Under the pieces are notes generated by a model, which saw nothing but the letters and a program-made list of their open reading frames with translations, was not told the DNA's origin and searched no databases. DNA of 63,096 bases, the filler included, from Intoshia linei (Eukaryota > Animalia > Orthonectida), in the NCBI GenBank assembly GCA_001642005.1. It is 8 parts of 8 records of this genome, joined end to end, with 100 filler letters (N's around TTAATTAATTAA, not from the genome) between each part and the next. Parts side by side here need not be neighbours in the genome. Positions count along the whole stretch, not along the records: positions 45,215 to 59,150 come from LWCA01000988.1; positions 59,251 to 60,673 come from LWCA01002622.1; positions 60,774 to 63,096 come from LWCA01002346.1; 5 more parts are not named here. One strand, written 5' to 3'. A program made the translations under genes and the position numbers. Below, piece after piece: positions 53,901 through 63,096 of the stretch. Every line of letters starts with the position of its first letter. Positions within the stretch are counted from its first letter, which is position 1.

Positions 53901-55939
53901 TGTACGAAGGAAGTTATTTTTTAAAAATAAATTGATATGTTGTCAACTTCTTGTTTAAAGTTCTTTCTTTCGAATACAAAGAGAAACTGCTTATATTCAA
54001 ATTTTATTTAATTAAAAATTTCACGGAAAATTGGTATTTCAGGGGTCTGCCTATAATCGAGAAAAGACACTAGTAATTTTAAGTTAAAATTTAACCGAAT
54101 TTTTGCACTTTCGAAAAATTAATAGTCAGTTAATCAGAAATTTTTTCCGTTAAATAGGAATTAGCCTGTATATAATTATGTAAGATTTATAAAATTACAT
54201 AAACTATTTCATAAAATATCAAAAATATACAATTTAAAAATAGTCATTTGTCGAGTTTGTAACGAAAATCCAAAGAATAATTTAATTATTACTTTTCTAC
54301 AGTTTTATAAATTTTCTACAATATAAAGTTATGAATTGTTCCATTAAGGGTTGGTAAAAGTGGAATTTTCTTAAAAGGGCTATTAACAAAAATGTATTTT
54401 TTTCCAAAGAATTTGTAAAAGTAGATTTTTAGCAAAAATGGTTGGATTTAAGAATATTTTCGATAACAAATGACTAATTTATTAATTAGATTTAATTAAT
54501 CATATTTAGTTTACAATGGACCATTGTAAACATCATTTCCAAACTTTCATCTGTAGTGTGACACCGGGCACAAGGAAAACATTTTTTAAGCATAATTAGA
54601 GTATATTAAAACCAATATTACCATGTAACCTTACGAATGATATCTGCATTATTTTTAATTCATAACGTTTCAAAGTCTGGGAATAACTGAAGTAAAGTAC
54701 ATAATAACCTGATGCGCACCAAGCATAATTAAAATAGATAAATCAAATTTGGCCATAACTTCTGTAAGCTTTGCAAATTGAGTGTTGGTGAAACCCAGTC
54801 CACCTATAATATGTTTAATTAATATTTTTATCTATGTTTAGTTTAAAAATAAATTACCATATTTAGTCGGGATTTGTATTCCAAACGCTCCCTGTTCACC
54901 CAAAAATTTGAAAATTTCATTGGATATTTTTGAGGTCCTATCCATCTCGTCTGCATTCAACATTTCCTAAAAACTATCAATTAAAAAATCTTTTAATAAT
55001 TATTATAATCATCATTAGGGAAAATAACAGTATCCTTTACTTATAGAAAAATGAATGTCTGTGTGTTTGTGTCTAACCATTTATTGAAAAAAATGAGTCA
55101 CACGATTTAAAAAACTCACTTTCTAATACTAATTTCCAGAATTTGAGTCCTTCAGGGTAAAAAAAGTACTTTAATATTTATTTTATTTATTTCGAAACTA
55201 TTTTATTAAAACAAAAAATTTTAAATAATTAATGGTTCTACAATTAAAAAAAATATTATTCTGATAGAGCTTATTCCATTTGAGATAAATACAAAATTTC
55301 AACCCTTCAAGTCTATGCATTCCTTGTGAAAAATAATTTTAAATATATTATCAACCAATATTGTCAAATGTTGGATTGACTATCAATAAACGAAAATTGT
55401 TTAAAAAAAGGCCTTGTACGATAAATAATGTAAACTATTAACAAAATTTAAATTACCCCATAACTTTTGTCAATTTGAGGTACCATCAACTCCAATTCTT
55501 CCCTTTGTGAATCAGTTAGTGCTATAAATAAATTTTGAGAAAAACATTGATTATAATTACACTATCAATAATTATAACCGTTAAATAATATAAAAATAAT
55601 TGTCAAAGACACTGCAGCGTCGTAAATACACAATAAATGATAAAAAACATTAATATAATTATTATTACCTTTAGGATATGGAAAAATTTTATTGGTCACA
55701 ATTTTATTTGCAAATAGATTTAAAACAAAAGAATCGCTAGTCTAATATAAAATAAAATAATGAACAAATAAGTAAATAATACTTTAAAATCAGATTTAAA
55801 TCTTGCTTGAAATCCATTTGAATATAATATTTTCGTCATGCCCCTAAGTTATATATTTGGTGTATACAATTTAAAAACATAAAAATTTAAAAATCGAAGT
55901 TTACCTCAATCTGCATAAAGATAAAATTGTTTGAAACAT
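50914..55939 (-). CDS. ACADVL: Very-long-chain acyl-CoA dehydrogenase (ACADVL/ACAD9 subfamily), ~12 exons, apparently complete
   Basis: SFVLNLF...[85 protein letters not shown], plus the VLCAD-type C-terminal extension ending HP. Start [12 protein letters not shown]. Confidence 0.93.
53030..53560. repeat. ~35-nt degenerate tandem array (AAAAATCCAATTTTACCAA...) ending in a hAT-like terminus GGAAACCACT; related arrays at 30310-30560 (reverse), 36940-37000, 43600-43770
   Basis: Repeated motif and shared downstream TTTCC(C/T)TTGGGGT(C/T) block. Confidence 0.6.
53738..54072. mobile_element. pogo/Tigger-like MITE in ACADVL intron
   Basis: Inverted ends TGTCTTTTCTCGATTATA / TATAATCGAGAAAAGACA. Confidence 0.7.
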
Positions 55940-56174
55940 TTATACTATGCGCAAATAAAATAAATTCATATAAAAGTTTTTAAAATTTCTACCTTTGCCA
56001 ATATTTATCCAAAAAACTATGGATATGTAACATTTCTGGATGCAAGCCATTGTTACATTGACAATTGTAGGATACTAACTTGATTCAAATATATCAGCTT
56101 TTAGTCTTTGTAAATTTACTGAAAGCAATATTTTATGTACATTAATCTTTTATTGGAGTTTCAATTTTAATCCA

Positions 56175-58086
56175 ATGAATGTAGACTTTTCATTGATATC
56201 TAATTTACTCAATGCTGAACTGGTTCGAACTTTAAAATCAGTAATTTTGTAAATATTATAGCACACTACAATACATACAGTATTAGAAAATTGAACTAAA
56301 AGTATAGTTCAATTAGAGCGGTACATGTATTTCTAAAACTTTTTTGTTTTTTAAAACCAAATTTTTGATTTTCATTGGGGGTTGACCACGGCGTTTCTAT
56401 TCTGATGTATGCCTTATATTAGGGATTCTCAACCTTTTATGAACTATAGCTTTATGCTACACCGATAGAATGTTTACACATATAATTTTACCCCAAAAGG
56501 GACACGTACACTTCGAAAATTTCCAATTTTCACGATCCAGCGATATTTTCAAAACTGCTTTGATTTATTGAATCCACATATTGACTCACTTGGTCCTCGG
56601 TCAAGTTAACATCATTTACAATAAAAATTCAGTTAACAGTTATTTGTCAATAAATTAAAAGTTAGTTTTATAAAAAATAACGTGTTTAAATAAAATAAAT
56701 GCTACTTCTATTAATTTAGACGCTGTAACTATTAAATTATATGTTGCAATAATAATAACTCACTAAAAAATATAATATTAATTTGGAATTACGTTTATTT
56801 TTAAATTAAAGTTTAAATTAAACTGCTCATCAATATTGAAAAAATCGTCCAGTTTGGGAATCCCTGCCGTATATGATTAAGTTCATAAACCTTATCAAAT
56901 TTTTGTTTAATAGGTAACTGGAAGTAAGGATTTAATAATTGATTCTGATTTGATCAAACAAATTAATATTTTTATTTCAACATCTGAAATTCGAAAATGT
57001 GGCATTGAAAAAATATTTAAATTGGAAAAAGTTAGTCCAAGTACCGATAAAAGGTTTTTTGAAAATTTGAATTTTTACTGAAATTTAAATTTTATTTAAA
57101 ATATTAATAATGTATTTTAGGCGTTACTATTTGATTAGATCAACTGTAGAAAATGCAAAAACTATTTTGAAACACATTGAAGATGATAAACGCAACGGTT
57201 TGTCATATTTTTATCATATTGTACTTTGCCCTGTTAAAGTAAGATTAACATAAATGAAAAATTATATATTTTTAGACTAATGTATTTCAAAATATTTTTA
57301 ATAGAGAAGGTTTAAATTACGATAATATTCAAATTTATTCTCTTTTTATCGATTTTTTTGTGTTGTTTGACGATGTTATATCACTTGAATTACCCAATAT
57401 CACTAAAGATTTGTTTTTGGTAATTAATCTTTGAAACGATTTATTGTACTGGTTTGTGTTGAATCTACCGTTCCCGAGACCCTTTTGGTGCCCGTGACAA
57501 AATTTTTGTAAAAGGAGACTTTAATTTTCCAAATCGAGGATTAAAAATTATATTCTTTAATATCATAACTATTAAATTATTATAAATGTGTGTTAAATTA
57601 AAAAATATCAAGTTAAGAGTCACTAAAAATTAATGTTCATAATATAAAGTTTACATTGCCCGCGAAACTTTTTTATTATGAAAATTTTGCTAGTCGACTA
57701 GAAAGTTTTTCAACCAGTTTAACACAATAAGTTGATAATTATAATTTATGAACCAGAAGAGTGAGTCTAATACTGTAAAATTAAACCAGGTTTGATTTGA
57801 TTGTCATTACTTGTAGAATTTACATTAGGTTTCTATGTCAGGATCGCCATATCAGGATTATAATAGCTGACCATATCGGTTCATGCATCATAGCAAAGCT
57901 AGTTTGATGAGTGAAAATTATCCGTTAGGGTTGTAAATAACTAATATTTTACCATATTAATATACATTTTCTAAAATTTAGAATAATGACATTCAACCTT
58001 GTTCGATTATTGCTAAATCGTTAATTAATTTAGAGGAAATATATGGTGAATTTCCAGAAATTGTTATAAAAGGAAATTATTCAAAG
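56175..58086 (+). CDS. VPS33B: Vacuolar protein sorting 33B-like (Sec1/Munc18), N-terminal exons; remainder not seen
   Basis: MNVDFSLISNLLNAELVRTLKS|VTGSKDLIIDSDL...IEKIFKLE...YHIVLCP...EG...DDVISLELP..KDLFL|..IAKSL..LEEIYGEFP parallels VPS33B DFS.L...GKKDLFIE.DL...D.LSMELP...LYG.FP. Confidence 0.88.
56420..56866. mobile_element. hAT MITE in VPS33B intron 1
   Basis: TIRs TAGGGATTCTCAA / TTGGGAATCCCTG; 8-bp TSD CCTTATAT / CCGTATAT. Confidence 0.85.
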
Positions 58087-58102
58087 GTACATTTATCATA
58101 TA

Positions 58103-58300
58103 TTGCATTCCCATCAGAATCGAAGTTATCTTAAAATCACCACATACCTTCTAATTGCTTTGGTATTATTCTCATTATTCTCACTCACTCTTATTCTGTC
58201 AGGATTAACATCTTTTTTAATGATGAATATGATTCTTTTAGCATTGCAGTATACCCAATTGGCACGAAATCATAAATATGTAATGAGTAGGGCGGTTTTT
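58103..58300 (-). mobile_element. Chapaev3-like (CMC) transposase remnant
   Basis: VPIGYTAMLKESYSSLKKML...VCGDFKI matches the P+G.S..LKE.Y..L..+L...ICGDLK pattern of this group. Confidence 0.55.
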
Positions 58301-59250
58301 TTAACCTATATAATAAAAAAATTGTGTTAATTAATTAACCTATAAAAATTTTGTAATTATAAAAATATAAACTTGAAATTGGCAAATGTAAATTTTTATT
58401 TTGCAATATCTTTTTTTGAAATTGAGTAGTAGTAACAAATTTAAACGTGCTATTTAACATGAAGAAGTCGAAAAAATTATTGAATTTTTTATTGTAGTAC
58501 ATAATAATGTATTTTTGTAACATTTTCAGCTAAAAAATGTCTTTGTTTTGTAAGTAACAGATTCAGTAAACTGAAGCTCCGTTCAATTTCAATTTATGTT
58601 TAGGTGGCATTTCGTACATAACTATACAATGATGGAGGTTTAGATTGATCAACGTTCAACATAATTTCTGTGATATCGTTGTTCTTTAATCTTTTTTTTA
58701 TGTAATTATTAATGTTGACAGAGTCAGGTGAGAAATGTATACTATTAATCACCTTGAATGCTATTTCTATCGTGAAGTTTAATTCTTGCGACATATCAAT
58801 TACATCTATCTATATTTTTACCCAGATAATTCAACTATTAGGTGATTCACAAAGTAATGTCGTTTTTATAACTACAGTCAACTCTCGTTAGTAAACAATA
58901 AAAATAAATTAGTCTGTCTCTTATTTCATTTTTGTCTACTAACGAGTTATGTAGTAATTTATGTTTAGGATCTAAACTTTAGAAATTAAGAAACTAGAGA
59001 AATAGAAATAAATATTAAAATTATTAAGTTAATTTAAATATTTATGTATGTAATTTTTGTCATCACATTGAAAATGACAAAATATGTTTTTATATTTTTT
59101 ATTTTTTCTGGAATTTATGCTATTTATGAAAATTTTTAGGATTGGACTGTNNNNNNNNNNNNNNNNNNNNNNNNNNNNNNNNNNNNNNNNNNNNTTAATT
59201 AATTAANNNNNNNNNNNNNNNNNNNNNNNNNNNNNNNNNNNNNNNNNNNN

Positions 59251-59896
59251 CGATTGTTGTTCGTATTGATTGGACCATAAGCAGCTATCTCTGTAATACT
59301 TTTTGAGCATTTATTCATTGATATGACTATATCAATACTTTTGCACATCAAACATGCTACGTTTCGAGCCATAGCATGCGAATTGGTTGGAGAGTTTGGG
59401 TTGATTTCTATGTTGAACTCAGTAAATTGATTTTGCAATATTTCTAACTCTTTTTCCGAAACTTTAAAAAACAGTTTAGCGTCTAAACAAAAATTCATCT
59501 TAGAAAATATTGAAAATTCGAATTCAATGTCGTGGTAATTGTTATTGTTAATTTGTAATGGTAATTCATCGTTAAGGAGGTAATTTTGTACAAAACAATC
59601 TTGACCCGCTATTATAATTTTATGTCGTGTTTGGGCACCTTGTTAAAAGATCGGCACCTACACATTTAAATAATGATTTAAAACTATTTTTAAAATGATC
59701 CAGTTTACTTTGTATGTTTACATAGCCAACTCCCGAAGGTGATGAACTTGATGTGTATTCTCCACCGTTATATTGATGGTTTTTGAGTAGTTCATAAAGA
59801 CTGAACTTAAATTTTTTATTTTCGGATTCGTACGAATGGTAATTAAACCGTTGTATTTCTCCATTTGTGTTATCAAAATAGCGCTTGTTTATATAT
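59251..59896 (-). pseudogene. Candidate endogenous viral element: alphavirus-supergroup methyltransferase/guanylyltransferase N-terminal region
   Basis: VSEKELEILQNQFTEFNIEINPNSPTNSHAMARNVACLMCKSID...SITEIAAYGP aligns by eye with nsP1-type LQ..FP.FEVE..QVT.NDHANARAFSHLA.KLIE...ILDIGSAP. Intronless, with one frameshift near 59640. Confidence 0.55.
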
Positions 59897-60773
59897 TAAA
59901 GAAAGCTATTTTGACGTGATCATAATATTTATGATCGTAAATAACAGTTTTTAAAAAATAGAAAAGTGGTTCCCTAGATGCAAAAGGTTTCCGATCCCTA
60001 ATTTAAGTCTTAAAGAGATATCTAAGAGTCTTTAAGATGTATAAAAATTGTATTATTTGTTGTAGTACAAAATCAAATATTTTTTAATATTATCTTTTAA
60101 AAAGTTTCTTTGTTTTGTTTTGTTTAATTATTTTTAATTGTATCATCAAGAGTATGAATAACCATTTATCCGTTCATATTACTTGTAATATTTTTACAAT
60201 CATATAATATTACATTCTGAGGTGTTTCTAATGTTCCGATCATAGTATTAATGTACTTATATCCATTTAAATCAGTTTCGTCCATAATGATAGATTAATT
60301 TATTAATACAATAATTTTTTATTCTCTCCATTTCATTCAAATACAAATCATCAATTTTATTTCTGCAATTGCTTTCAGATGGCAAAATTATTCCCTTTTT
60401 TTTAAATGTTCTTAACTTGACGTTATTTAACTTTTTAGAGGTATGTCCACAAATAGAATTGCTTCCGCCATTTCTGTTGCAAAGTCATTCGATATTTTAA
60501 TTAAATTTCCAATACTGACAATATGCATAAAATATGTTTTGCTAATTTGTGGTGTAATTAAACAAAATTTAATTTTGTAAAAGTAACATTGCAACATTTC
60601 ATTTAAAATAAATTCACTTGGATAAAGTTTTGTAATATTGTAAATTTTTTCATATTTAGATTTCGCATATTTTNNNNNNNNNNNNNNNNNNNNNNNNNNN
60701 NNNNNNNNNNNNNNNNNTTAATTAATTAANNNNNNNNNNNNNNNNNNNNNNNNNNNNNNNNNNNNNNNNNNNN

Positions 60774-61424
60774 GGAAGTAGAAATTCAGATAAGGTAAAA
60801 ATATAATCCTCAGAGTTCTGATTTCCAATTAAAATCGCCAATTTGGATTTGCCTTTCTATGAAAATGCTCCCCAGATCATTACCGATCCACCTCCACTTT
60901 GCCGCATAGAGTAGACTTCTTTTTCCTTTCGTAGATCATGCCAATAAAGCTGGAATCCATCAGGACCGTCCAAATTGATTTTTTTCATCCGAGAATATCA
61001 AGGAATTCCAATTTAGACCCAAATCCACGTATTTTCTAGCAAAAAAAATCCTATTTTCTTTATGAGCTTTTGAAAGAACCGGAGCATGATGTCGTTGACT
61101 CCATTGAAAATGAAAACAATTACTTATCACCTATTAAACCGTACGGAGCTTCACGTCTAATTCTAAATTTTGCATAATGTCTCTAGCTGTATATTGACCG
61201 CTTGAAGCCCCACGTATAATATGAGACTCCATTCTTGAAGTAAGTTTCTTGGGCCTACCTGGACTTTTTGACTTTCCATATGACTCTGGGTTGTGCATAA
61301 ATCTTGATACCACATGTCTAGACCTTTTAATCTGCTTAGCAATGTATTTGTGTGATTTATTTTCAGTTTTTAATGCCATAATTTGACCATTTTCAAAATC
61401 AGTTAAAGGTTTACCTCTGCCCAT
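60774..61424 (-). mobile_element. Tc3-like transposase pseudogene
   Basis: MGRGKPLTDFENGQIMAL...IAKQIKRSRHVV...YG..KSPGRPKKL, then [24 protein letters not shown]...MIWGAFS, with a stop and frameshifts. Confidence 0.92.
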
Positions 61425-62514
61425 TGCTAAAATATACATAAATTATATATTATTGAGAAGATACTATATATATATAAACATAATGAAAATAGTAATTACA
61501 TTTTTAAATTTGATTATCGTATACAAAAAGTGATTTTAATGTGAAGTGTCCTATGTTTATTGCACGGCTAATTAGCGATTTGTCTGATAACTTTTGACAT
61601 AAAGGTGGCAGAAAAAAAATAATGGTATCAACAAGCGTACTTTTTAATACCTTTTTATATTATATTATAACAGCTATATTTCAGTTTACATTTATCATAT
61701 ATTGAAAAATTTTGAAATTTATTAATTGTGTAACAATGAAATAAAAACCGGAAAAATCAATATCTGTGACTCAAATGATCAATTTTGTTTTTCAAATATA
61801 TAAGTTTACTCATTTTTTTTTAAAATTTTAGTACAGAAAGTATGGATAATATAAATTTTTATTTTACAATTTAAATTGTGAATAAATGAATACGTAGAAT
61901 TCTGGCGTTCAATTATTTAATTATAATTAACTAATTATAATGTTTATATAAATTTGTGATTGTTCTTTTTTGTATATAACTTATACTTATTAGTGTCTAG
62001 GTAGGGTTAATTATAATAACTCAACACAATACTTCAAGTATGTTCAGGTAAACTAGTTCTTGCACGATTGTCAATCATCTTGACTAGATTAATGCATAAA
62101 AATAATTGTAAAACACACACGAATAAGATATTTGTATTTTAAATTAGTAAATTAGATTAGATAGCATTGAATATTAAATTAAAATTTCAATTTTAAAATT
62201 ATTTATTTTTTACTTATATAAAAATGAATTTATGTGTGTGTGTTTGTTTGTGTAAACATTTATTGAAAAAATTGACTGTCGCAGGATTTAAAAAACCCAT
62301 TTTAAACTTGTACTATTTATATTTATTTACAATGTAAAAAAAATACAAATATAAATCATTGTTATTAATTATTTTCGTTTGCTACAAAACTATTAACTTA
62401 CCGAATATATATCGATTACAATAACGCAATAAAAATATAAATAAACGAAGTGGTTCAGGTTTAAAAAACAACAAAAACTCTGATGTTTTACATTTTTTGC
62501 CTTCATTAATTCAG

Positions 62515-63096
62515 AAAGCTTCAAAGCATTTCAAACACTTTCCACTGATGATGATGGCATTCAATTAGTGGAAGAACTAATTCGACGTAAATTAATTTTA
62601 TTTTTTTAAAACTATAAGCTCTAATTCATTTTAATATGAGAGAAATTTAACAAAAGTGGTAAAATACATCATAATCGTTATAAAAAAACTGGGACAACCA
62701 AATCAGCTTTAGGGAAAATAAATCAACCAAAACGAGCTAAGGAATCGTTTTGTAAATCATTAATAAATGTCTTAATTAATAGATTTGGAGATAAGTCTGC
62801 AGAAAATAAATTTTCTGCTGCACTGACTACAACGGATAAAGATATATTGGTAAAAATTTATTGAAAAATTAAAATTAAATTTTATTTACATTTTTAATTT
62901 GTTCAAATCTCAATTATATAATTTTAGCGATATTACTATTATATTCACAACAGAATAGATACTGATCATGTGGCACCAATGGAAGATTCTTGGTTGCAAA
63001 ATATATTCTCTCTGGTTCCGCAAAAACTGAAATCTGATAAAAAAGCTACAATTGAAAAATTATCAGAATCAATGAAGGAAGATTACCTATTGAGTG
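62515..63096 (+). CDS. DNAH7: Axonemal inner-arm dynein heavy chain 7, 5' exons; continues beyond window
   Basis: DKDIL|RYYYYIHNRIDTDHVAPMEDSWLQNIFSLVPQKLK...LSESMKEDYLLSV closely matches the DNAH7 N-terminal signature. Confidence 0.92.

Noticed and set aside
5865-55939. Apparent cluster of mitochondrial genes (UQCC2, PTPMT1, SDHD, ACADVL)
   Set aside because: Interspersed with unrelated genes and separated by gaps; compatible with chance apart from the PTPMT1/SDHD overlap.

Overview
Very AT-rich eukaryotic (metazoan) scaffold with seven 100-nt assembly spacers (44 N + TTAATTAATTAA + 44 N). Genes have very short GT-AG introns (many 36-43 nt) plus a few long introns filled with transposons. 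This style suggests a compact parasite genome such as the orthonectid Intoshia, which is my inference only. Spliced genes recognised by manual translation: NAD kinase, ABITRAM/FAM206A-like, UQCC2/Cbp6-like, a GLUT/SLC2A pseudogene, PTPMT1, SDHD, pelota, SLC35B4, TOPBP1, ACADVL, VPS33B and the 5' part of DNAH7. The rest is decayed DNA transposons (Tc1/Tc3, pogo/Tigger, several hAT groups, piggyBac, Chapaev3-like) and a pervasive non-autonomous Helitron-like family. The most notable observations are (1) a frameshifted ORF at ~59.25-59.9 kb resembling the alphavirus-supergroup capping methyltransferase (candidate endogenous RNA-virus element), (2) a ~255-nt strand-specific multi-helix structure in a pelota intron, and (3) an 18-nt antisense coding overlap between PTPMT1 and SDHD. 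All homology calls come from recalled motifs, not database searches.
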